Virus record (IMG/VR): IMGVR_UViG_3300010430_000020
Span: 15,149 to 79,148 of that record
DNA length: 64,000 bases
Source of the DNA: a virus
Reading direction: 5' to 3' (one strand)
Position numbers and translations under genes: made by a program. Below the pieces are notes generated by a model, which saw only the letters and a program-made list of their open reading frames with translations, did not search any database and was not told the origin of the DNA. This document shows positions 55,027 through 64,000 of the stretch, in pieces (within the stretch, counting starts at the first letter, position 1; the number at the start of each line of letters is the position of its first letter).

Positions 55027-56606
55027 TATTTTTTCCCGTTAAATGCTGTTCCGTGCTGACCAGCCTCGGTCTTATGGAATGTTTTTAAATCCTTTACCAA
55101 CTCTGGTCCGTATTGCAGTTTGATATCCTTATAGGCGCGTCTCTGTGCAGATCGGATATCCTTGGCTGTTTTGGCGTGCTTCATATATGTCTTGGCGTAT
55201 TTTACGCGCACGGTATTCAGGTCTTTTTCTTCTAGAGGTTCGTCCTCGATCTCTACGGAGTTATGTAATTTGTTCCAGTTATTCTGACGTTTTAGTTTAT
55301 CGGCATTACTAAGCTCAGGAGTACCAACGGTGTTGTGTAGTCTGCGAGCATGTTGAATAGCTAGTTGAGTATCAAAGTTACCGGCCTTGCCACTTCTGAT
55401 ATGATCGATGGTCCGTTGTAAGTGATCTATAAGAATATCATGATCTTGGGATTCCCAATTCTTATAGTCACTCGCCAATTTTCCCAGGCTTACTTCTCCT
55501 AAAACCTCCTTTAGACTCTTCTTTTTCTTCTTGGTGTCACCACACTTCTCTTCTAGTGGTGCGCCTTCTGGAGCTTGTGTGGAGTTAACTTCAACCCCGC
55601 GCCGCCGGGCGCGTTCCAGAGCATTACCGTGGTTCTTGACCTTACGTTGGGCTTTATCCATCCGCTTATCATCAAACTCGTTTTTGCCTTCCATATCCCT
55701 GCGATGCTTCAGCATCGTAATCATGGCATCTTGTTTGTTCTTGTCCTTCTTGGCGGACTTAACAACATCAGCTAGTTTGGATAGAGAGACTTCAAGCTGT
55801 AATTCTTCTGCCTTATAATCAGCGAATTCTTGTTTGTTCTTATTCCAGCGCAGCCCTAATTTTCTTTCTCTAGCGGCAACTAAACCTTTTGTTCTCTTAC
55901 TCCATGTCTTGTCAGCATCCTTGGTGTTCTTACCAAGGGTCTTTCCCCGGCTATCTAATGCCTTATCGGTGTAGGAATCGAGAGTTTTAGTTTTAAGCTC
56001 ATCAATCTGCTCTTCATCACCATTCATTAATACCCCACCCGAACGAACCCCACGGACAGGCCGCCGTGCGCTGCTCGGCTTTTTATCAGCAGTAGTATGT
56101 ATTTTGGGGGCCTTATTTTCTTTGGCCTTTGCATCAATTTCTGCTTGTTTTTTACGCTGGTCTTCATCCCGCTTGTCATACATATCATCTATACTATCGA
56201 TGCGCCCCGGAGTTTTATAACGTATACTCTCATTGGTTGGCGCACCACTTATTTCGCGTTCAAGCTTTTCTATTTTTCTATTGATAGCTACACGTTTCAT
56301 TTTTACATGAGATGAATTGCCACCAAAGCTTTTTTGATACGCCTTTAGAGAATCAATCTGTTTTTGTTTTTTCTCATCCTCATCAATCTGTTCTGCACTC
56401 TCATACACGCCGCGATCCTCACCAGGGTTATACCCATGATTGGATTTCTTACGGTTATAGAATTTAATGTTGGAGGCATTAAATAGTTTGTCATCCTTAG
56501 CCGGATCGGACTTCCTTACTTTCTGAATGAGGTGCTTCAGATAGAATCGAAGTTCATCTTCCGATTTGGGATACCAGCCTGTTTCGGAGGTCTTCCCCTG
56601 GTCCAT
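55026..56606 (-). CDS. probable internal head (poly)protein
   Basis: basic modules separated by acidic (I/L)-x-E linkers; located between gp67-like and gp21. Confidence 0.6.
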   Translation of the reverse strand: MDQGKTSETGWYPKSEDELRFYLKHLIQKVRKSDPAKDDKLFNASNIKFYNRKKSNHGYNPGEDRGVYESAEQIDEDEKKQKQIDSLKAYQKSFGGNSSHVKMKRVAINRKIEKLEREISGAPTNESIRYKTPGRIDSIDDMYDKRDEDQRKKQAEIDAKAKENKAPKIHTTADKKPSSARRPVRGVRSGGVLMNGDEEQIDELKTKTLDSYTDKALDSRGKTLGKNTKDADKTWSKRTKGLVAARERKLGLRWNKNKQEFADYKAEELQLEVSLSKLADVVKSAKKDKNKQDAMITMLKHRRDMEGKNEFDDKRMDKAQRKVKNHGNALERARRRGVEVNSTQAPEGAPLEEKCGDTKKKKKSLKEVLGEVSLGKLASDYKNWESQDHDILIDHLQRTIDHIRSGKAGNFDTQLAIQHARRLHNTVGTPELSNADKLKRQNNWNKLHNSVEIEDEPLEEKDLNTVRVKYAKTYMKHAKTAKDIRSAQRRAYKDIKLQYGPELVKDLKTFHKTEAGQHGTAFNGKK

Positions 56607-56711
56607 TATTGCTTACCTTTTATTTTTAGAGCAGGTTTCTTATCCTTCTCTTTTTCTTCTCTTATGGCGCGCTTTTCTATTCTCTTACCCGGAGGCAAAT
56701 TGTAGTAAGAA

Positions 56712-57290
56712 CTAGGCATGGCGTCTGTTCCGTGCGAATCTCCGTTGCTCTTCCTTCTCTTTCCAGTCGGCGGTATCACCATCGCCTCTCTGGCGGCCCT
56801 TTAGAAGGGAATGGATTTTCTTGGACTCGCCTTTACCAACACGATCTTTCTTGATCTGCTTATCCACGGCATCTTTGTTGTAACCAGCCTCGGCTAGTTG
56901 CTCTTCTTCTTTGGATAGGCGATCAACGGCTTTGTCAAAACCCTTTTGTCGTTTCTTTAGAGCATGAGAAGCTTTTTTAGCCGCGTCTTTATTAGGTTTT
57001 TCTCCAGAAATTGGGTCATATTTATTCCATGCTGCCTTAGCGTTATGTTGGGCATCAACATTTTTACGCACATATCGTCCGAGTTTCTTCTTGGAAATCT
57101 CGTCTAGTTGCTCATCTTCCTCATCATCGGACTCCTCTTCGGTATCAAAGAGTTTCCCGGACACAACTTCTTCATGAGCTTTGAGCTTTTCGCGCAATTT
57201 CTCAACCATCAGTTCGTCAAAGATTTCACGGAATTCGGCAGGCTTCTGATCAATGACCGCCTCCAATAGATTTTCTAAATTCTTGGACAT
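56712..57290 (-). CDS. prohead core protein gp67-like, with a C-terminal basic extension
   Basis: LLEAVIDQKPAEFREIFDELMVEKL...; ATAAATA at 57326-57332. Confidence 0.6.
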   Translation of the reverse strand: MSKNLENLLEAVIDQKPAEFREIFDELMVEKLREKLKAHEEVVSGKLFDTEEESDDEEDEQLDEISKKKLGRYVRKNVDAQHNAKAAWNKYDPISGEKPNKDAAKKASHALKKRQKGFDKAVDRLSKEEEQLAEAGYNKDAVDKQIKKDRVGKGESKKIHSLLKGRQRGDGDTADWKEKEEQRRFARNRRHA

Positions 57291-57336
57291 TCTAATATCC
57301 TTATTTTAATTGTTGTATTACGTCGTATTTATCAAA

Positions 57337-58062
57337 CTAGTCATTTAATGCTAGGAAATCATTCTTCTTGAGTAGTTTGTCCTTGACCTGCTCGCCAACA
57401 GAACCAGATGTATTGATGTTGGATAGCAGGACATCCCAGACAGCGGCTGCAATAGCGCTAGAATCATCCAGACCATCGATCTTGGCCAATTGGTCTTTGA
57501 CATACACCCCAATAGAACCACTGGTAATGATGTTGACCAGGAGCCGATCCCAGACAGCAGCAGAGATACCTGTGAGATCGCCCGGCCCGAGGCTCGCCTG
57601 AGCAGTCACAACGTCCACTAGGTTTGAACGGGTAGAACTAAAGGTAACCATCCATTCGCCATCAGGGGGGATGAATGGGTCTCCTCCGGGCTCTCTGGTG
57701 TAGAGGTTACCATCCACGACCAATTCGTGGTCTCCCTCCCAGGTTTTCACTCGCCAACCATTTTCCAGGAAGTAGGTGATACCAACCTTACTCGTATCGG
57801 TAATGGGGTCACCACCAATAGCAGACAGGGCCTGATCGAATTTGGAATTATCTAGCTGGAATAACCATTCTTTCCAGCCGGAATAGATGTCTTCTTGAAC
57901 GTCCAGAGAAGTCACGTCATTATTCACCTTGATCAGTTTATTGGGACCATCGAAATGTACTTTTTGTCCATTAACTGCAAACTGACCGGGTGCTAATTCA
58001 TATGCTGGGTTGTATGGTTCCCAACTCCATTGGGTTCCGTAATTAAATGTTAAATTGGGCAT
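57337..58062 (-). CDS. virion structural protein
   Basis: FDGPNKLI...DIYSGWKEW...IGGDP; two C-terminal AAVWD repeats. Confidence 0.6.
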   Translation of the reverse strand: MPNLTFNYGTQWSWEPYNPAYELAPGQFAVNGQKVHFDGPNKLIKVNNDVTSLDVQEDIYSGWKEWLFQLDNSKFDQALSAIGGDPITDTSKVGITYFLENGWRVKTWEGDHELVVDGNLYTREPGGDPFIPPDGEWMVTFSSTRSNLVDVVTAQASLGPGDLTGISAAVWDRLLVNIITSGSIGVYVKDQLAKIDGLDDSSAIAAAVWDVLLSNINTSGSVGEQVKDKLLKKNDFLALND

Positions 58063-59681
58063 TAACCGTAACCAGACTTGAATTCCTTCATTTGATAGTG
58101 AACTCTCACATCACAATTCGCCGCCACCCCATCGAGGCGCGTGGCCACAACAGTAACGACATAAGGATCGCCATTCGCATAAGATTTGTATGAGAAGTGT
58201 TGTAGAGACTGGCCCTTTATTTCATGGGCTCTGAATCCCTTGACAACAGCGAAACCAGTCAGGGTACCTGCAACAGATAATGATCCTGATGTATCATACT
58301 CAAAATTAGATGTGCCCCATTGGGTCCAGGAGGCTCCTGAGAGGGTAGAACCCAGATAGTAATCTAGTTGGATCGTGGCATCATTTGCGCCCTCGGTCGC
58401 CATATAGACCACTTCCAGGGGTAGGAATGTATCATGAGTATTTGCCGTGGTCCTGAATGAATGAACGTAAATGTCTGCCGTGGTATTCACCGAAACGCTG
58501 GACATAGGAACCAACAGGTTATTACCATACTGACTAGGACTTGATAGCAATTGTTCTGTATGAACGCCTGAGCAAACCACACGCATCTCAGATGATGAAC
58601 CGGTTGCACCACCACTGTTATCCTGACGGAAACAGATTGGAAGGTTTGCTGACTTCATGTATGGACCGGCAACCATGTTGCCATAGGTTTCCTCATGAAC
58701 AGTGATGCGTTCACCACCGGCATAGATACCCCACCGAACCGTACCGGCACCAAGCCAGGAGAAATCGATCCAGTAGAGGTTCAGGTTCGTCACATCCAGA
58801 TTGATCTGGGAGGCATTGTTGAATCCTTTGGTCCCATCAACAGTATCTATATTCCAATCTGCCTGATCGATTACATCATCAACAGCTGTGCCTGTAATAT
58901 TTGAGCGCCGAACAACGGATAGGGTTGTACCAGACAACCTAAAGAAGACACCATTTAGCTCGTTGAAATATCCCCATTCTCGAACCAAATTGTTTTTACC
59001 AGAATCGCCAGCATACATCGTTAAAAGAATTGTGGTGGCAATACCAGGGAAATATGGATGATATAGATTGGAGGTAAAATCAGCTGATGAATCAGCTGAT
59101 GTTGTTGTGGAAAGGAGCGCACACCCAGCGGTATCATCATGTGTGACCGTACCACCCGTGGCGGTTGTTGGCGTCATATACCCAGGGAGTAGATCAGAGG
59201 TGAAAATATAGTCACCAATAACATAGCTCTGTGAGGTTCTGAGTTTACCAAAGGCATCGAGTTGTGCAGGGCCTTCTGTAAAGCGCATATGCGCCGCCCC
59301 GAATCGATCCACCTTCTGACCATACTGGTCATTATCTTCGGATACAACAATGTTCTTATTGGTATAGAGATCGTGCGAGCCAGCGGCTACTGCAGTGGCA
59401 TAGGTGACTGCCGAGACCTGTATGTTTTCACCATCGGTTACAACTAAATTGGTTTCTCGTGATGTATCATCTAGTTGAATAACAATAACACCGGCTGTGC
59501 CGGTGTCTTCTCTGACGTAAGAAACATCTCCTGAAATGCCTGATGTGGTTAGATCAACGGTGTCGCCCACCGAAAAACTTGTCGTTTTGCCGTTATATTT
59601 TACTTCTAGGCATACGCCCATGTTGATGCGATCACCAGATGATTCGGGCGGTATTCTAGTAAATCTGCGTTCTCCAGCCAT
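58062..59681 (-). CDS. virion structural protein, beta-rich
   Basis: RIPPESSG, DAFGKLRTS, YWIDFSWLGAGTVRWG, ANLPI. Confidence 0.6.
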   Translation of the reverse strand: MAGERRFTRIPPESSGDRINMGVCLEVKYNGKTTSFSVGDTVDLTTSGISGDVSYVREDTGTAGVIVIQLDDTSRETNLVVTDGENIQVSAVTYATAVAAGSHDLYTNKNIVVSEDNDQYGQKVDRFGAAHMRFTEGPAQLDAFGKLRTSQSYVIGDYIFTSDLLPGYMTPTTATGGTVTHDDTAGCALLSTTTSADSSADFTSNLYHPYFPGIATTILLTMYAGDSGKNNLVREWGYFNELNGVFFRLSGTTLSVVRRSNITGTAVDDVIDQADWNIDTVDGTKGFNNASQINLDVTNLNLYWIDFSWLGAGTVRWGIYAGGERITVHEETYGNMVAGPYMKSANLPICFRQDNSGGATGSSSEMRVVCSGVHTEQLLSSPSQYGNNLLVPMSSVSVNTTADIYVHSFRTTANTHDTFLPLEVVYMATEGANDATIQLDYYLGSTLSGASWTQWGTSNFEYDTSGSLSVAGTLTGFAVVKGFRAHEIKGQSLQHFSYKSYANGDPYVVTVVATRLDGVAANCDVRVHYQMKEFKSGYG

Positions 59682-59693
59682 CGCGCGTCCTTA

Positions 59694-60227
59694 TTATTTG
59701 TTTTTCATGATCTTAAATTCATTAGACCCCGGCAGATTCTCTAAAACTTTTACCAATGCATCATTTGTTGGAATGCATACCACTCCTTGAATCTCTTCAA
59801 GATTGTCTTCTACAATTCCTACAATACTGGCCCATTCCTCGGGCGTATCGCTTGCAAATAAATCCATACCAACATACTCTTTTTTTAGCGATCTAGCTTT
59901 TTCTCTTGCCGATTTCATGCATAGCTTTACAGCTTTAGTATTTAGCGGCTTGTTGGCAGACTCTCTCACAATACAAAAACCCAGGTGTTTGTTACCACCT
60001 GATGTTGTCCAGATAACATCACCGACCTTGGCACCATATGTCTTATCATCTTTCTTATGATTAGACATTTTCAGCATTTGGATGACAGCCTCATAGGCTT
60101 TCGGGAACGATCTTTTGAAACGCTGTTGAGCAAAGCTTCTCACGCTACCATCCAATGAAACATCGGTGATTATTAATTGGGATGCAGAATTTGTCACATC
60201 TGATTCAGTATATATACATTTTGACAT
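59694..60227 (-). CDS. degenerate macrodomain-like protein
   Basis: IYTESDVT...FKRSFPKAYE...VGDV...W..IVGIVE follows the macro-fold pattern but lacks the Gly-rich loops. Confidence 0.4.
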   Translation of the reverse strand: MSKCIYTESDVTNSASQLIITDVSLDGSVRSFAQQRFKRSFPKAYEAVIQMLKMSNHKKDDKTYGAKVGDVIWTTSGGNKHLGFCIVRESANKPLNTKAVKLCMKSAREKARSLKKEYVGMDLFASDTPEEWASIVGIVEDNLEEIQGVVCIPTNDALVKVLENLPGSNEFKIMKNK

Positions 60228-60676
60228 TAATCATGCTTCTGTTCAGTGAATGCTGTAGGGTAATTCATACCTGTATCCAGATCATACCCGCCGCCTTCTT
60301 TTGCCCAATGTTCTTTGAAGACAATTTTAGTCACATTATTGGGGTGCAAGTCCCACTTGTGTGTGAAATCATGCCATTGAATTTGACGGTTGGGATCGAG
60401 TTGGGCAGTGATCATATCACGCATTTCAACCAACTCTGGTTTGTCTGAGAAATCCCAGCCAAATTTCCAGTGTTTGAGAATTGCATAGATAGCCCGCCGC
60501 GCTTGGCGACGATAAAAAACTGGGTCCATTTTATATGGTGGTGTCGCTGTCCAGAATTTTTCTGTCACATCGGAAAGGGGCTTAACCCCTTTCGCAACAT
60601 CCAACAATCCCGGATCAGCCACGGTTTCCTCTTTTGAGGAGGATCGTATTATTTTCTTAGCCATTGTATTCCTCAA
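60227..60676 (-). CDS. hypothetical protein
   Basis: GAGGA RBS before MAKKII. Confidence 0.6.
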   Translation of the reverse strand: MRNTMAKKIIRSSSKEETVADPGLLDVAKGVKPLSDVTEKFWTATPPYKMDPVFYRRQARRAIYAILKHWKFGWDFSDKPELVEMRDMITAQLDPNRQIQWHDFTHKWDLHPNNVTKIVFKEHWAKEGGGYDLDTGMNYPTAFTEQKHD

Positions 60677-60679
60677 CTA

Positions 60680-63532
60680 TTATGCTGGATCGAGATAGTT
60701 ACGTTCCAGGGCGGCAACTGCAGAGATGGTAATACCAGTCGTTCTACTGATTGTCGCTGTGGTGATAACGAACTGCGCCGTTTCCAAACCGATAGCAACC
60801 ATAGTCACCGGAGCATCAACACCTGCTGATGCATCCCCACGCTGGACATTGCCATCATAATCATAGGTAAACGCCACTGATGAACCACCTGCCTGTTGTG
60901 GAACAGCACCTGCAATCTGTAGTGGTGTTGGTGATGTGGCATCCTCAACAATAATCGCATATTCGGTACCATAATCGCGTCCGAGATTGTCGCCATCATT
61001 ATCATCCGTGAAGAACAACCAATATTTGGCATTCGTATCAGTGGAAAGGTTGCTGTTGAAAGTCAACGAACCAGCTGCAACGAACGGCGAGTTACGGTTA
61101 ACACCTGAATGGTCCTGAGACGTTGTATTGTTGATATCGTTCGTATCAAGATCATCAATATACATATTGAGTGTAGTACCGGTAGGCGATGCAAACGACA
61201 TCAGAAGGTCAGTAATATCGCCACGGAATGTTGCGTCACCCCAGTCAATATCTGTGGTTTGCCTCAACTGGTGTTGAACAAATTGATAACAATTTGAGAG
61301 TCCGGCATCGTTACCCGACAATCGCCAATTAAATCCATAATTGGTGCCACCAATATCGCGAATGAAGCCATTGAAGCACGTTACCGTACCAATGGTATCA
61401 TCTGCATTTGTAATTAGAACATCAGTTGGAACGAGCGAGATAATGGTTGATGATTCCTGCGCAAATACAGTATATCGACCATCGTTTTCGCCAGAGTTTT
61501 CTGTGCCTGTTACGACAACCATTGTGCCTGCCACAACATCCGCAGCGAATGTATCGCCGGTAAGTGTAATGGTAGGTCTGCTACCATATGAGCCATTAGA
61601 TGCATTAAAATCTAGACTGGTAGCAGAATCTGGTTGAGCCGATGAGGCATCATTCTTATACAGCAGGTACATACCGGCATTCAGAACCATGTAGTCAATG
61701 GTGCCCAATGTGGTGAATACCTGATCTGAGGTATCAACCGTGATTTCAGTATCCGAATTACGAGAAATAACCTCATAGAGACCATAGTGCGCGCCAGCTT
61801 CTGTGATTAGCAGATAGTCGCCAGCTGCAACACCAGAACCCACGGTAAATGGTGAGTTGGTTGAGTCTGTCATTGTACCGGTAGCGGTATCTACATCAGC
61901 GATAGCACCATCTGCATAAACAGCGGCAGTACCAGGAGTTGTGGTCTTATCCGCAATTCTGAAATAGCTATAGATTTCATAGACCACGGCAGCATCGGTG
62001 GATTGCCATCCCGAGAATTCAAAGTCGGTCGCAATGGTCAATGCTGTCTCAGAATCAACTGTCGCAATGGTGTAATAACCAACATCAGTACCTGATGTGA
62101 TCCTGAGTGTATCGCCATCGCAGACTTCCCAAGTTTCGAAAGTCGCATCAGCATCTGTAAAGGTCACGCCACCAGTGGTGATAGAACCATCGATAGCATC
62201 TGCAATAGAGCCGTTTTGGGTTGTTGATCTAAATGGTGCGATACCCAGAATTTGACCATCAGTACTACTAATAGCGGCGTCATCTGCGTGAGCTAGCGGG
62301 AATCGGTTAACAATGGTTTGAATAGTTGACACACCGATATCTGAGATTTGCGACTGAACATACGTTTTCGCTTTTTTACGGGCGAATAGTTTCAGATATG
62401 TCAGGAAGTTGTCATCGGGCGCGCCATCCTGGTTAGCATCATAATAGATACGAATTGCTTCGTTAATCGCACCCAGGAAGGTGAAGTTAACCGGTGTCGT
62501 CGTAGCAGAGGTCTGCTGATAATAAACCTGTGTATCAGTATCTAGAGAGCCAAGAGTAATAATCCCGGCCTGACGTTCCAGGTCATTTGTTGATGAACCA
62601 GTTTCGTTTTTCTCGGCCCATCCAGCGGTACGAACTTTCTTACGAGTATAGGTATCGAACCAACCCCAATCTTGGTGAGATGTACCGCCGCCGATTTCGA
62701 ACTGTTCCGCCGTAATAGCTTCAAACGGAAATTCGTGACGGATCAGGTCATCATTGTAGTAGGTATTGGCTGTACCGGCATCAATCGAGTCTAGACGCCA
62801 CTCTTCCTTACCGTATGAATATACGGCCTGCTTGGTAACACCATCGACCAGGGTGCCTGTGGCATCACCAGATGTATTCGCGCCAGAGAGACTTTCAACA
62901 GCTGCTGCGCCATTGGTGAAGACAGTAACACCAACACGCTCCTGGAAATTGGTATCACCAGTACCAGAGGTTGTGATTGGCTGTTCTGATGTGTTTGCCA
63001 GGGCGTTGTCATAGGTGTCTGATAACCTAAAGAAGTTGGCATCATTCACCATGATGTAGTATACATCGCCATCGGTTAGACCAGATGGTGGTGTGGCATT
63101 ATCCAGCACAAAGGCATCACCAGTCACCAGCCCATGAGTCGTAACCTCGAATGAGTTGTTGCCTGTGTGAACATTGGCGTTTTGCGCTGTAATTGTTGAA
63201 ACAGTAAGGCCGGTAGAAGTTGTAGCACCGGCATTACCATCAATGATCCTTGTCAGATCGATTGATGAGGTTGAAATGTTATTATTCACATAGTAATGGC
63301 CTGCATCTGGTCCATACAGAATGCAGACTACATCACCATTAACGACACCTGTCCAAGCTCCTGATTCACGTACAATATTTGATGTATTAGATACCCAAGC
63401 ATTATTAGCAAATATAGGAGAGGCATCGCCCCTCTGTGTCGAACCGACCGGGTAAATAGAGACTTGTTGAGTTTCGGTGCCAAATATAACAGATTCACGA
63501 GTAAGTTGATCTGGGTCTGTTATAATTGCCAT
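60680..63532 (-). CDS. large acidic virion structural / fibre protein
   Basis: T/D/G/A-rich with repeated GD.L.I...G.Y.(I/V) beta modules; late promoter upstream. Confidence 0.65.
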   Translation of the reverse strand: MAIITDPDQLTRESVIFGTETQQVSIYPVGSTQRGDASPIFANNAWVSNTSNIVRESGAWTGVVNGDVVCILYGPDAGHYYVNNNISTSSIDLTRIIDGNAGATTSTGLTVSTITAQNANVHTGNNSFEVTTHGLVTGDAFVLDNATPPSGLTDGDVYYIMVNDANFFRLSDTYDNALANTSEQPITTSGTGDTNFQERVGVTVFTNGAAAVESLSGANTSGDATGTLVDGVTKQAVYSYGKEEWRLDSIDAGTANTYYNDDLIRHEFPFEAITAEQFEIGGGTSHQDWGWFDTYTRKKVRTAGWAEKNETGSSTNDLERQAGIITLGSLDTDTQVYYQQTSATTTPVNFTFLGAINEAIRIYYDANQDGAPDDNFLTYLKLFARKKAKTYVQSQISDIGVSTIQTIVNRFPLAHADDAAISSTDGQILGIAPFRSTTQNGSIADAIDGSITTGGVTFTDADATFETWEVCDGDTLRITSGTDVGYYTIATVDSETALTIATDFEFSGWQSTDAAVVYEIYSYFRIADKTTTPGTAAVYADGAIADVDTATGTMTDSTNSPFTVGSGVAAGDYLLITEAGAHYGLYEVISRNSDTEITVDTSDQVFTTLGTIDYMVLNAGMYLLYKNDASSAQPDSATSLDFNASNGSYGSRPTITLTGDTFAADVVAGTMVVVTGTENSGENDGRYTVFAQESSTIISLVPTDVLITNADDTIGTVTCFNGFIRDIGGTNYGFNWRLSGNDAGLSNCYQFVQHQLRQTTDIDWGDATFRGDITDLLMSFASPTGTTLNMYIDDLDTNDINNTTSQDHSGVNRNSPFVAAGSLTFNSNLSTDTNAKYWLFFTDDNDGDNLGRDYGTEYAIIVEDATSPTPLQIAGAVPQQAGGSSVAFTYDYDGNVQRGDASAGVDAPVTMVAIGLETAQFVITTATISRTTGITISAVAALERNYLDPA

Positions 63533-63581
63533 TTGGTAGTGCCCCTTTTCTTATTATTATGGAGTATTAGTTTTCTTTTTG

Positions 63582-63589
63582 TATTTATA
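63582..63589 (-). promoter_or_regulatory. late promoter TATAAATA
   Basis: perfect consensus upstream of the 950-aa gene. Confidence 0.75.
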
Positions 63590-64000
63590 CTTTCTCTTCT
63601 TTTTCTTCATTTTCCATACTCTCCATCACTTCATCCACTGATGCTTGATGTAAGGACTTCTTATCGAGAAGTTCCCAACCACGGTATTCAGCAGAACGCA
63701 TGGCACAACCAGCAAAACGATCAGCACAGGCTTCGAGCCATGCCATCGTCATTTCATATGTAGGCATTTTACCCTGAGACATCATTTCCTGTTCCATCTG
63801 CAGATATCGGGAAATCTCAATCTGTGCCTGGGCACCATTGATCCCCATATCAAACATATAGATTTGGTTGCCTTCATCAATTGAACCGCCGCGAGCGCGG
63901 GCCGCAATCAGGGCCTGCTTCATGGCAGTCATGATGTGATAACGATCTTCCTCTTTTTCATAATCCTCTTCGGAGATATGATCTTTACCCATTGCTTTCA
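63585..64000 (-). CDS. 3' part of a helical hypothetical protein (starts outside the window)
   Basis: frame open to the window edge; EEDYEKEE..YHIMTAMKQAL...IDEGN. Confidence 0.6.
   Translation of the reverse strand, partial: KAMGKDHISEEDYEKEEDRYHIMTAMKQALIAARARGGSIDEGNQIYMFDMGINGAQAQIEISRYLQMEQEMMSQGKMPTYEMTMAWLEACADRFAGCAMRSAEYRGWELLDKKSLHQASVDEVMESMENEEKEEKV

Noticed and set aside
60680-63532. Enrichment of N-X-S/T sequons in structural proteins as evidence of N-glycosylation
   Set aside because: My hand count (about a quarter of Asn residues) is close to what the high Ser/Thr content predicts, so it is not convincing without statistics.
1-64000. Stop-codon recoding (alternative genetic code)
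   Set aside because: Core genes are full length in the standard code and end in TAA, TGA or TAG.
1-64000. tRNA genes, CRISPR arrays, IS elements
   Set aside because: Intergenic gaps are short, and I saw no cloverleaf, spaced direct repeats or transposase motifs; tRNAscan-SE would be the definitive check.

Overview
This 64-kb window is part of a lytic T4-like myophage genome (Tevenvirinae / marine T4-like grade), coded almost entirely on the minus strand. It holds the replication and recombination module (gp61, gp41, uvsX, gp43, regA, gp62/44/45, gp46/47, gp55, uvsW, uvsY) and the head module (gp23, gp22, gp21, gp67-like, gp3). It also encodes a class II ribonucleotide reductase, peptide deformylase, Hsp20, several glycan-type enzymes (glycosyl-, methyl- and sulfotransferase-like) and many small hypothetical genes. 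gp55-type late promoters ((T/C)ATAAATA, CTAAATA) and TTGAC-N17 host-type promoters are visible. Host-like small proteins, a ROSE-like leader and promoter style point to an alphaproteobacterial host (inference). The most striking signal is a solo BglII/BstYI-family restriction endonuclease with no adjacent methylase. In my hand scan the BstYI site RGATCY was entirely absent, although GATC is abundant. Other highlights: a 1265-aa Hsp20 paralogue fused to eight acidic ~120-aa repeats, with thermometer-like leaders on both hsp20 genes; a late glycan-modification cluster behind the major capsid gene; putative protease-processed internal-head polyproteins; and a candidate R-loop origin or ncRNA upstream of gp55. 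No tRNA, CRISPR, intron or intein was recognised. Family calls are from motif recognition only; no database search was run.
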